Shown: in pieces, positions 1 to 11,967 of the stretch
Position numbering within the stretch: position 1 is the first letter of the stretch
Layout: each line of letters starts with the position of its first letter
From: Eledone cirrhosa
Lineage: Eukaryota
NCBI GenBank assembly: GCA_964016885.1
Contig: OZ024741.1
Location: 744,001 to 808,000 of the forward strand
Reading direction: 5' to 3'
DNA length: 64,000 nt
Position numbers and translations under genes: made by a program
The notes under the pieces: model-generated
What the model saw: the letters and a program-made list of their open reading frames with translations, nothing else
Told to the model about the DNA's origin: nothing
Databases searched by the model: none

Positions 1-1129
1 CTGCTATCCCGCTACATCTCTTGTGTACCCAGGACCTGCATTGTGTGCATTTTATAGAATTTATGCCAGTTCCTTTTCTGCATATCGAACATGGCCATTT
101 CCCTGACGGAATCAGGGTTTTGTCCTCTTTTCTACTCATCAACACTTTTGTCTTAGCTAGATTTACTCTCAGTCCTCTTGCTTCCAACTGCTGTTTCCAT
201 AGCCGGAATTTATTCTCTAGCTCCTCTACTGATTCTGTTATAAGAGCCAGATCGTCAGCATAGAGAAGTTCCCATGGACAGCCAGTCTTAAACTCCTCTG
301 TTATGGCTTGGAGGACTATAATGAACAAGAGCGGGATGAGGACCGAACCCTGATGTACTCCTACTTGTATCTGGAATTCCTCACTAAGCTCCATTCCTAC
401 CCTGACTTTACTGAGAGTACCTCTGTACAAAGTTTGCACTGTCCTCACAAGCCATTCCTCAACACCTAGCTTCCTTAGGGACCACCAGATGACAGATCGG
501 GGTACCCTATCAAAGGCCTTCTCTAGGTCAACAAAGGCTAAGTATAGTGGCTTATTCTTCTCTAAGAACCTCTCTTGCATTTGCCTCACCAAGAAGAGGG
601 CATCTGTTGTACTCTTCCCAGGCACAAAACCAAACTGCATCTCATCTAGTTTGACCCTTTCTCTAATTAGTTGTGCTAAAATCCTTTCTGCCACTTTCAT
701 AACCTGATCTATCAGTTTTATACCCCTATAATTGCTCCTCTCCAAAGCATCCCCTTTACCTTTGTAGCAATTTATGAGAATACTGCTGCACCAGTCTTTG
801 GGTATGACACCACCATATATAGCCTGATTGATGATGCGTGCAACCAGTTTAGTCCCCTGGTGCCTTCAGCATCTCAGCAACTATTCCCGATGGTCCGGCC
901 GCCTTACCATTTTTCATTTCCCTAATCGCCTCTTGAACCCTATATTCGTCAATCTCAATAGCTGGTCCCTCTGTCGGATCTACCAAGGGTAATTTCTCTC
1001 TCTCCCTTCGTTCTCCACATTCATCAGTCTCTCATAATGACATTTCCAGGCCTCCTTTTTCTGGTCATTTGTGACACTAAGTACACCGGCATCATCCCGG
1101 ACACATTTATCTCCAACAACATCCTGATT
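1..1129 (-). mobile_element. RTE-clade LINE fragment (RT region), decayed, runs off window start
   Basis: Reverse strand encodes CYKGKGDALERSNYRGIKL, QFGFVPGKSTTDALF, AFVDLEKAFDRVP, GVHQGSVL, ELLYADDL; same family group as 26.5-29.5 kb. Confidence 0.9.
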
Positions 1130-1144
1130 TGTATATATATTTAC

Positions 1145-3435
1145 GTATATATATTTATTTTAAGAAACCTTAATGACAAATAAAATAAAGTATTTGTAAA
1201 GTGGGGAAGAGTAGTTTTACGGTGCAGTTGTTATATAGATATCGTTTTTGTAGTGGGGTTGTGACTGGCGTATAATAATCAGTCACGGTTGATGTATATA
1301 CAAATCATATTTTGGATATAAGTGAAGTTATTTAAGAGATTTAGTTGTTTTGTATATATTCCAGTTGTTGTCTCCCTGTTTCTTCTTCAACAACTATAAC
1401 GGTACGCGATGGGGCCCACCCACAGCCCCGGCGGACAGAATGGAGAAGGCGTTTCCCCGGAGCACGGCAAGGGAGACGCACTGGAAAAGCCACTCCAACT
1501 CGCGGGGATCACACCTGCGGCTGGCCAGCTCAGCGCCTATGGTAGTGAGTAAGGAGGTAGCCCTGGGGCCGGGGACACCAGAAGTCTCCACTTCCAGGGG
1601 TACGACCGCAAACCTGTCGGAGAGCGACCGATATGTGAGGAGTTTGGCCCCCTCAGCCTGACGTGCAGCAGAACCTGGGCCAGTCGCAGACTGCACCAGG
1701 TTGCGGCTGCAGAAAGTGTTGGTGCAAGTGGCATCCCAGACGAGGGGTTTGCCACCGCGGAACGGGAAGATGGTCATGCCATCTGGCCTTTTGCCGTCCC
1801 CTCGAGCTGGGAAGGGAAGCCTGCAGCGTCCAAGCCATGCTTAATGACTTCGTTGAGGGCAGCATGGCGTGGATTGCGGCTGGCACTGTGGGGACAGGAA
1901 AGCGGGTGGAGGCCGAAAGAGTCCATGGTGGAACCGCAGCGACATTGGTGTGAGGCCGAGCCTCAGGGAAACGCAGATGCGCAAGCTATGGTTGTCTAGC
2001 TGCGTGCCAGTGGAGAAGGAGGGCAGGGCATGGAGCCAGGCACCACTGTGGGGTTTGGAGGCCGCACGAAAACAAATAAGACGGTGCTGGTCGAGCTGGC
2101 GCGTGAGCCTGTCTGAGGCCAGGCTGCACTGGATGGCATCCCAAGTGTGTTGGGGGGACTTGACGTCAACAGGGGGAGAAGGAGGAGGGACGTCTACTGG
2201 GCTAAGTCCCAGCCGGTCCCACGTCTCACAGGCGGCCACGCGTTCTCTGAACACAGAGGGTTCTGTTGTGTTTTGAAGAACCCTGCTGACGAGGACGTGG
2301 CACGAGGTTACCGACGAAAGATACGCCGGCAAAGCTAGTGAGATCGGGGACTGGAGGCGAAGGCCGCCATACCTGACAGGTAAAGTTGCATATCTCATCG
2401 GCTGCTGCTCGGATACAAGTATCGAGCTCAGCGAGGAGAGACGTCTGGGTGTAGCACAGAGTGTATAGAGGAGCTTCGGCATGGCGTAGCAGTTCCTCAG
2501 CAGAAAGAGAACTGGGTGGCCATCAATCAAGCCCAGTCGGCTCGTGAGAGTCTGGAGCTTTTGAAACCTGGACCTGATGGTGGAGCGGATGGCCGGCGGG
2601 TGGATCGGTGAGGACATCCTCTTTGGGGGTCGCCTGAACCTGGCGGAGAATGGACCGCACGTCCAAGACGGAGACTGCAAAGCTTGCAGCATCGAGGCTG
2701 ACATTCACCACCTCCGACTTGGCTGAGTTGACCTGGAGGTCGATTCCCGCCAGGGCAGGAACCACCGATTGAAGGTCATGGCAGACCGTCTGTACGGGCC
2801 CACCCAAAGTAGCATCATCCAGATACCAAATGTTGAGAGGGGCCATTATACTCCGGGCGATGTGGTCAATACCAAGGGTGAACAGGAGGGGTCCCAAAGG
2901 GTTGCCCTGTTGGATCCCAGTAGCCGAGGGTATGACCGTATCAGCAGCAAGGCGCATGCTCGGGGCTCCATATGACAAGTAGGCAGAGGGGGCTCGGCTG
3001 AGGCAGGCCTCGAGCAGATGATCCCAGCGTAAAGAGTTGAAGGCATTCCTCATGTCAAACTTGACAATGAGGTGGCTGGAGTCCCTGGATGCCGGTTCCG
3101 AGTGTTACGGACTTGCAGATCACCTTGGCAGCCAGCCTCCGGAAGACATTGCCCACAGCAATAGGGCGTATGCCACCCTCTTTCTTCCTGAGAGCGGTGA
3201 GGCTGGCCGAAAAAAAGAGGCCTCGAGCATAAGAGTCCAGGGCGCCATGGATGAGCCTATTGGTGAGCGCCACAATTGCACTCAGAAGGCGGCGCCCGGC
3301 CTCAGCGGAGAGGGGAGATATGAACTCCTTGAGGAGGCCTGGTCAGAGACCATCAACATCTCCGCAGCTGCTAGCTGGGAAGGACCTGATGGCGGACATG
3401 ATGTCTGCATCAGAAACCAGAAGGAGCAAGTGTGG
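1145..3435 (-). mobile_element. CRE-clade (RLE-type) non-LTR retrotransposon remnant, copy A, frameshifted and 5'-truncated
   Basis: Fragmented minus-strand frames: KKEGGIRPIAVGNVFRRLAAKV, GIQQGNPLGPLLF, WYLDDATLGG (RT); LPVRYGGL; DGMTIFPF..LVWDATC..AEGAK..Y, SLAVLRGNA (restriction-like endonuclease C-terminus); 3' UTR ends in AATAAA+(TA)n near 1145-1160. Confidence 0.85.
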
Positions 3436-3882
3436 ATTACAATACAAAACCTCTGAGAATGATTTCTAAGATATTTCACCATAATTAATTTTCATCAATA
3501 TATATTAATATTATTATTGTTTATTAGGTCAGGTGGATTGGCCAGAACAATTCTACTCTTCTTTTTTAGATGTCACGATTTTTCATGGCATTTCTGAGAT
3601 CATTAATCTCCAGCTGGAGATCCAGAGACATCTGATGTATGTAGGTGAACCTCAGTCATCCCACTTGGGTCTTACTATGTTTAGGTATCCACCACAGGAG
3701 CCAGCTCATCAGGTCATCCTACCCTCAGCAGCAATGTCCAGCATCTATTGACTTCCGCTCCCTAGTTATTGTGGTAATCTTCGATATCTGGGAATATATT
3801 TCTTCTGCTTAAGGGAGCAATTAATATATAGTTTTTAAAAGAACATATATATACACACACATATATATATGTTGACATTTAT

Positions 3883-4027
3883 AAGAGTTCTCTATCAAAA
3901 GCCTTCTCTATGTCCAAAGCTAAGTATAGTGGCTTATTTGTCTCTAAGAACCTCTCTTGTAGTTGTCTCACTAAGAAGAGGGCATCTGTTGTACTTTTCA
4001 GAGGCACAAAAGCAAACTGCATCTCAT
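3883..4027 (-). mobile_element. Short RTE RT fragment
   Basis: EMQFAFVPLKSTTDALFLVRQLQERFLE..KPLYLALDIEKAFDR in ORF 3879..4091; duplicated at ~14638-14782. Confidence 0.85.
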
Positions 4028-4063
4028 ACACATACATACATATACATACATATACACATACAT

Positions 4064-4222
4064 ACATCATCATCATCATCATCATCATCATTTCGTTTTA
4101 AGTCCGCTTTTTCCCTGCTTGCAAGGGCGGGACGGGAACTGATTCTGGCTTGATTTCTACAGCTGGATGCCCTTCCTAACACCAACCTCATTTACAGTGA
4201 GTGCTGGGTGCTTTTTTGCCGT
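4064..4222 (-). mobile_element. 3' part of RTE-tailed SINE ending in (ATG)n
   Basis: Matches 3' half of full SINE at 14833-15190; (CAT)n on + strand. Confidence 0.8.
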
Positions 4223-4439
4223 GATAACATCTTTGAAACTTCTAATTTGATAACAAAGAGATTATTTCTTTGGTTGTTTAGTAACAACTAACAACACAAC
4301 ACATTGATTATATTTGAAGGAGGTAAGTTAACAAAGATTTACTTAATGTCTTTATTAATGTGTGTAAATAATATAATATAATTATGTGAACCTTTCAACG
4401 ATACAGTAATTTTATACATGAAAATATATATAACAACAT

Positions 4440-4968
4440 TACCACTAATAGTAAATACTATACTGTACATTAGCTAATGTAGTCCTTGATACACTGTATC
4501 TGATAGCCAATAATACTAACTACTGTACATTAGATAATGTAGTCCTAGATACACCACTATGGCACACAGCCACTAATACAAACTACTGTACTGTAGATTA
4601 GATAATGTAGTCCTAGATACACTATGTCTGAGAGCCACCAATACTAACTACTATACTGTACAGTAGATAATGTAGTCCTAGATACACTATGTCTGATAGT
4701 CACTAATACTAACTACTGTACGTACATTAGATAATGTAGTCTTAGATACACTATGTCTGATAGCTACTAATACTAACTACTGTACTGTACATTAGATAAT
4801 GTAGTCCTAGATACACTATGTCTGATAGCTACTAATACTAACTACTATACTGTACACTAGATAATGTAGTCCTAGATACACTACGTCTGATAGCCACCAA
4901 TATTAACTACTGTACTGTACATTAGATAATGTAGTCCTAGACTCCCCATGTCTGATAGTCACTAGTAT
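4440..4968. repeat. ~60-bp minisatellite, about 9 copies
   Basis: Unit approx. TACTGTACATTAGATAATGTAGTCCTAGATACACTATGTCTGATAGCTACTAATACTAACTAC repeated in tandem. Confidence 0.9.
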
Positions 4969-5594
4969 ATACGCAGTTCTCAGGGCGATTCAGCGAGACA
5001 AAACAAGACCGCCCGGTCTGGGATTCGAACTCACGAACCATACATTCTTAAATTACGCGCTATCACCGCGTAAACCCGGTGTCCTCCACACAAAATACAC
5101 CAGAATAATTTAACCCGGATTAATTCACGAACGAGATTTACAATAATTCGCTGAGAGTGATCTCCCTTGGCTGATTTTAAAATCTTTTCTTCCATTAGAA
5201 ATTAATTTGTTTCATGTCTGACTGAAAGACTCTGGAGTTTTTACCTGTCTTGTGTTTAATTAATGAGGAATTTTGAGGTATTTATAACAATTATTAATTA
5301 TTTCATTACTGAGATATCATTTGAAGGACTTACTAATGTTTTTATTTATTAATTATTTTATTAGTAACTTAACATGTGGTTCTTGTATAAAATTATGTTG
5401 GAAGATTTTAGGAAGATGCTATGTAGCCGGTCGCGGTAAAATAGACGCCCAGGCTATGTAGCCGGTAAGAGTGTCAGACTCCATGTGTTGCGGCCCTTTA
5501 TGGTCTGAGTTAAGACAATTTAAAATCTTTTCCACCATCAATTGTTAAAAAACAAGTTAAAATCATTTTGTCGTCCATTTGTAACGTACGTTAC

Positions 5595-6270
5595 ACTTTA
5601 GTTACATACACATATACTATGTTACATACACACATCTACTGTGTTACATACACACACACATCAACTGGGTTACATACACACACATCTACTGCGTTACATA
5701 CACATCTACTGTGTTACACACACATCTACTGTGTTACATACACACACATCTACTGAGTTACATACACACACATCTACTGTGTTACATACACACACATCTA
5801 CTGTGTTACATACACACACATCTTCTGTGTTACATACACACATCTATTATGTTACATACACACATCTACTGTGTTACATACACACACCTGTGTTACATAC
5901 ACACACATCTACTGAGTTACATACACACACATCTACTGTGTTACATACATACACATCTACTGTGTTACATACATACACATCTACTGTTACATACACACAT
6001 CTACCGTGTTACACACACACATCTACCGTGTTACACACACACATCTACTGAGTTACATACACATATACTGAGTTACATGCAAACACACATCTACTCTGTT
6101 ACATATACACATCTACTGTGTTACATACACATACATCTACTGAGTTATATACACACACATCTACTGTGTTACACACACATCTACTGTGATACACACACAC
6201 ACATCTACTCATACATATTCATAAATAGACACACATTATACAAATAATTATTACATACACACACATCTCT
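5595..6270. repeat. ~22-24-bp minisatellite (GTGTTACATACACACACATCTACT)n
   Basis: Direct tandem repetition; explains low-complexity ORFs 5568-6247. Confidence 0.95.
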
Positions 6271-7036
6271 GTAATAATTCAGGAAGGAAGGGGCTGGTGA
6301 AACGCTATAGCAATGTGTGTGTGTTGTGTACCTTTCAGGTTTACCGGTTTCGTAGCCTATTTGAAGATTTTATTATAATTATGAACCTTATAATTCAATT
6401 AATTATGAATAATTTTGAGCTATTTATCACAATTGTTAGTTAATTACTAACATAGTAACTTACCATATGGTTGTTATATAGAATTTTGTTGGAAGACTTT
6501 AATTTAGATAGGAACCATTTCCATAGTACGAGAACTAATTTTGGCTGGGTTTCTACCAAAAGGGTTAATGAAGAATTTTGAACAATTTACTAAAATTATT
6601 AATTATTTCATTACTAAGATAATGTGTGAATACACAATTATATGTGTGTATATATATATAAACAGTATATATATATATATAGTATATATATATATAAACA
6701 GTATATATATATAGTATATATATATATAAACAGTATATATATAGTATACAAAAGATGTAGTGGGATAGTGTGTAGTCTTAAGACAAGTCTGTCCAGATAG
6801 CTGCGCTGTAACTTACACTTATTGGGACTGTGTGTTGGCAAGCAGGCCTGTATTTTGGGATCTAGCTGGTCCATTATGAGGGAGGTCTGGTTAGTTGGCA
6901 GCACCATGCCTTACTTGTGGTATATGTATGTATAGAAATAAGTTATTGTATATGCATAACTGTCCATCTATATGTATACATGTATGTTTACTTATATCTT
7001 TGCATACATATATACATTTTCAGATGTATACACGTA

Positions 7037-8950
7037 ATGGTCACCCGGATAGTAAACCAAGTCATACAGAATGGGGTTGTTCTGAAGGAGTGGCGTAGCA
7101 GCATCATCATTAACTGTTACAAGGGTAAAGGAGATGCCCTAGATAGGAGTAACTATAGAGGCATTAAATTAATCGACCAGGTCATGAAGGTCACGGAAAA
7201 AGTAATAGCGCAACTAATCAGAGAGAGAATTGATCTAGATGAAATGCAGTTCGGGTTTGTGTCAGGTAAAAGTACCACAGACGCTCTTTTCATTGTACGA
7301 CAACTACAGGAGAAGTACCTAGTTAAAAGTAAACCCCTATACTTAGCTTTTGTTGACTTGGAGAAAGCCTTCGACAGAGTCCCCCGTTCCATTATCTGGT
7401 GGGCTCTTAGAAAACTAGGTGTTGAGGAATGGCTTGTGAGAGCTATACGAGCCATGTATAAAGAAACAGTCAGCAAGGTTAGAATTAACAACGAATATAG
7501 TGAAGAGTTTAGCGTAAAAGTTGGTGTTCATCAGGGCTCCGTCCTTAGCCCCCTACTATTTATTATTGCCCTTCAGGCTATAACAGTGGAGTTCAAGACC
7601 GGCTGCCCATGGCAGCTCCTATACGCAGATGATCTAACGCTCATAGCTGAATCAATGGCCGAGCTAGAGAAGAAATTCCAAACATGGAAGCAAGGCCTAG
7701 AATCAGAAGGCCTTAAAATTAACCTGGCTAAGACTAAAGTTCTAGTTTGTAGGAAAGAAAATAAGGCGCCGGTCCCTTCCGGGAAATGGCCATGCTCAGT
7801 GTGTAGGAAAGGCGTAGGTAGAAACTCCATTTTATGTCCCAAATGCAAAGTATGGGTTCATAAAAGATGTAGTGGGATCACAGGTAAGCTAACTAAGAAC
7901 ATAGATTTTACATGTGGCCGGTGCTCTGGTGCAATAAGTAGCAGCAAGTGCCCACAAAATACTAGCTCTTTCAATTGCGCAGAGGGTTCTATAGAAATAG
8001 TGGACAGCTTCCGTTACCTGGGTGACAAAATCAGCAGTGGGGGAGGGTGCTCTGAAAGTACAGTAGCTAGAGTCAGAACTGGATGGAAAAAGTTCAGAGA
8101 GCTTATACCACTATTAGCCGCTAAAGGGTTCTCCCTAAAAATGAAAGGCAGGTTGTATGATGCCTGCATATGAACAGCAATGTTGCATGGCAGTGAGACC
8201 TGGGCATTGTGTGCAGAGGATATACGCAGACTAGAGAGGAACGAAGCTTGCATGCTTCGCTGGATGTGTAATAGTAATATATGTGAACGGCAAAGCATAA
8301 ACGAACTAAGGGAAAAATTAGAAATAAGAGGGATCAGATGTTGTGTACTCGAGAGAAGACTACGTTGGTATGGTCCACGTGATGCGGATGAAAGACGACA
8401 GCTGTATAAAAAAAATGCAGGGCAATAAAGACGGTAGCCACGGAGTAGGCAGACCCAGAAAAACCTGGGACGACTTGATAAATTCCGACCTCACACACTT
8501 ACACCTCTCCAAGACAATGTCACTGGACCGAGATCTTTGGCGGTACTCAGTAATAGAGAAGACCCGCCTTACCTAGATACAAAGTAAAACATACTACAGT
8601 CAGTAGGCACCTCTAACAAAATACACCCCCACCCCATCCACACCGCCCCTTTCAATGTAAAGTTATGTTGGTGCCACAACATCCAGGCCGAAACAAATGA
8701 GGTCGTGTAGGTGTCACGACAAAAAAAAAAAACACAGTCCACGCAGTAATGTGGCCGTGTAGGTAACACGGTAAAAACCTCCCAGTCCCACACTGTAAAT
8801 GTGGTTGGTGTTAGGAAGGGCATCCAGCTGTAGAAAACCCACCAGACAGTCCTATGCGAGCAAGACAACCACTCTTGCCTCAAGTGGGAAAATTCCCGTC
8901 CAAACCCATGCAAGCGTGGAATATGGACGTTAAACGATGATGATGATGAT
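7037..8950 (+). mobile_element. 5'-truncated RTE LINE (RT to 3' end), pseudogenised
   Basis: Open RT frame 7037-8170 (YADD, PHD-like Cys cluster), TGA at 8171 where the 29 kb copy has CGA, downstream frameshifts, 3' UTR ending in (GAT)n at ~8936-8950; highly similar to 28000-29920. Confidence 0.95.
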
Positions 8951-8974
8951 ATATATATATATATATATATATAT

Positions 8975-10095
8975 ATTCCTTTGACATTTCTTAGAAAAAA
9001 AATGAAAAAGTTTTGTGAGAACCCCAATGTTTATTTATTTTATTTTATTTTTAAATAAAATTAATAACATTAATTTTATTTTGAAATTAGGTTTATAAAT
9101 ATTAATTATCAGCAGACCTTTGTAGCAGTCTTGGCGGCTTAGTGGGAAGTACCAGAGATGGTGAGGTCCTTGTCTGTAGGTTCAATCCTGGTCTGGGAGT
9201 TCAATCATTGCTGTAATGTGTCCTGTTAATCTTTTTTTAAATTTTCCTCAGAAAAAACTGAAAATCTTTGGTGAGAACCCCAATGTCTATTTATCTAATA
9301 TAATTTAATTAATTTTATTTTATTTTACTTTAGTTAAATTGTCAAAACCACTGGTGATCTAAAGTTAGAGGAGACAGATAAAATAGACATATTGTCTCCT
9401 CAACCTTTAGATCTTCAGTGTTTTCGACAATTTAACTAAAATAAAAAATTAAATTCAATATAATTAAATAAATAGGGGTTCTCTTTTTCAAAGAGATATA
9501 GAAAGAAAATTATAAAAGATTAACATGACACCTGACATGTATCTCATGGACCAGGATTGAACCTGAGTCCTCAATTCAACCCTCAGACCAGGATTGAACA
9601 CCCAGAACAGGATCTCACCATCTCTGGTACTTCCCACTAAGCTACCGAGACTGATACAAAGATGTACTGAAATTTAATATTTATAAACCTACTTTCAAAA
9701 TAAAATTAAAAATAAAATATATATATATATATTCCTTTGACATTTCTTAGAAAAAAAAACTGAAAAAGTTTTGTGAGAACGCCAATGTCTATTTATTTTA
9801 TTTTATTTTTAATTAAATTAGTTATATTTTGAAAGTAGGTTTATAAATATTAATTTTCAATAGACCTTTGTAGCACTCTTGGTGGCTTAGTGGGAAGTAC
9901 CAGAGATGGTGAGGTCCTTGTCTGTAAGTTCAATTCTTGCTTGGAGACATGTCTAATGTGTCCTATTAATCTTTTTTTAATTTTCCTTTTACATCTCTTA
10001 GAAATAACTGAAAATCTTTGGTGAGAACCCCAATGTCTATTTATCTAATATAATTAATTTAATTTAATTTAATTTAATTTTTATTTTAGTGAAAC
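8975..10095. repeat. Triplicated ~370-bp unit in +/-/+ orientation containing a tRNA-like segment
   Basis: 8975-9350 repeated at 9730-10095 and inverted at ~9392-9715; inversion centre ~9383; each unit has TGGCGGCTTAGTGG (A-box-like) and GGTTCAATCC (B-box-like). Confidence 0.85.
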
Positions 10096-10239
10096 CACTG
10101 TTGTATTCAAGAGACCAGGTGGAGAGGTGGGTCTGCTAGATTCATCGTGGGTAAAGAACGGTGTTATGAACTTTTCTGGGTGGGAAATGACAATGGGCTG
10201 GATATACACATACCACCCCACCACCCCACCACCTCACCG

Positions 10240-10447
10240 TAAAGTGGTCGTGGAGGCGCCACGGCAAAAAAGCACCCAGCCCGCTCTGTAAAGCTGACGT
10301 GGAGGTGCCACGGAAAAAAAAAAAGCACCCAGCACTCACTGCAAACTGGGTTGGCGTCAGGAAGGGCACCCAGCTGTAGAAACCAATCCAGAATCAGCTC
10401 CCACCCCACCCTTGCAAGCATGGAAAAGCGGACGTATGATGAAGTTG
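10240..10447 (+). mobile_element. 3' part of RTE-tailed SINE (preceded by RTE endonuclease scrap 10100-10200)
   Basis: Ends CCCTTGCAAGCATGGAAAAGCGGACGTATGATG; matches reverse complement of 14833-15020. Confidence 0.75.
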
Positions 10448-10557
10448 ATATATATATATATATATTAGTATATATATACACATACATATGTACACATATA
10501 CACATACATATATGTACATATATATATATATATACACACACATATATATCAGTGTAC

Positions 10558-10594
<37 letters not shown>

Positions 10595-11109
10595 AATGAA
10601 TATTTATTCAATTTAAAGCGCCAATTATCTATATATAACAAGATATGAATTTTTCTAGGGATGGGGAAATTTTCAGTTTGTTTTTATATTTTCACTTCAT
10701 TTTTTACTTTCTATTTAATACAGTCTTTGATCCAATATAATCCTGACAGTATTTGAACCAGTTTACCTCATATATATGTATGCACACACAACACTCAAGT
10801 TTCGCCATCTACTGCTATTTCATTCATATTTATTGTTTAATTAACTCTGGTCTAATTCATCAACTATTGTTAATTATATTATTACGTAGATTTCTTATAA
10901 AATCTAGTGCATATATACGTGTATATATACAGGGAGACATATGCGGTTGACTGGCCAGTTGGGCGGTTGGTATGTGGAACGTTCAACTACGCAGTCAGTA
11001 CCAAAGTTCAACATTGTAGCCAGTGCATATGCCGATCGCCGCGCCCTCTTTGCTCTATTTTAATGACCTGGAACTAAGTAAAAAGAGTAGGAGATAACTC
11101 GACAAGAGC

Positions 11110-11192
11110 GGAGAGGGTGAGATTCGAACCATGTAAAGTCGTTGGCTCCTGAACTTCGTAAGCGGGGCTGCTACTGACTGAGCAGCGCCGGC
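11110..11192 (-). pseudogene. tRNA-like sequence (tRNA pseudogene or SINE head)
   Basis: Reverse strand GCTCAGTCAGTAGCAGC...GGTTCGAATCTCACC; A/B-box-like motifs but no clean cloverleaf. Confidence 0.4.
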
Positions 11193-11967
11193 AGCAAGGC
11201 AAATCGCGCATAAAATAACGCTTATATCGACAAAAAAAAAAAAAAATTTCAATGTTGCACTCTTGTTTGTTGTTCTTTTATTTTACGTAAACATTTCGCT
11301 GCTCTAGCCTCTTATTTCCTATTAGATTACACTTAATTCCATTAAACATTCATTCTTAGTCTCGTGGTAAACTATTTCATCTATATTTATATCGCTGTTA
11401 CAGCCTTTTATTTCTACATCTATCACCTATAGCCACTGTTACGCCGGTAGTATAAGTAGCTTTATAACAAGAAACGATGATATAACTCCACAAAATGTCT
11501 TCTTGAGCAAGACACTTCACTTCATATTGCTCCAGTACACCGAGTTACACATAGACAGATACATACATACATACACAGATAGAAATGAGAGGTAGATAGA
11601 GTAAAAGATTTAAAGAGAGTGTGAGAAGTACGAGTTAGATAGTGTAAAAGATTTAAAGAGAGGGTGAGAGTGTGACACACATTTATCTGTCTATCTCTCT
11701 CTATTTTAACACCGGTCGTTATAATTAGTTTTATAACACCGCTATATTACCGACATGAAAGAGGTAAATAATTATTTCTTAAATGTTTAGAACATGTTTC
11801 TCTTGTCTTCTTAAATGTATAGAACATGTTTCTTATTTATATTCTTAACATAGCTAGGACCTTATCTCATTTACTGGTCTCTACTTTTAGGACTTTGCTG
11901 GTCCCATGTGCCCTCCATAAAGGCACTCTAGTCCCTTCTCTGAGCCCCCGTACTAATTACTACACAT

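Noticed and set aside
3533-3751. 72-aa ORF as a host exon
   Set aside because: The duplicate at ~14290-14505 has an in-frame TAG; no recognisable motif
4440-4968. CRISPR-like array
   Set aside because: The whole unit repeats; no unique spacers, no cas genes, eukaryotic context
6335-6365. Further hammerhead halves (GAAACCGGTA on minus here; similar partials at 9410, 11790, 44540, 55885)
   Set aside because: Missing either CUGANGA, GAAA or a matching stem I
6917-8173. 418-aa ORF as a functional or domesticated gene
   Set aside because: N-terminus is microsatellite; the rest is a 5'-truncated RTE RT ending at a CGA-to-TGA nonsense change
9127-9195. Functional tRNA genes (also 5015-5070, 11110-11192)
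   Set aside because: Only A/B-box-like motifs; acceptor and anticodon stems do not pair properly
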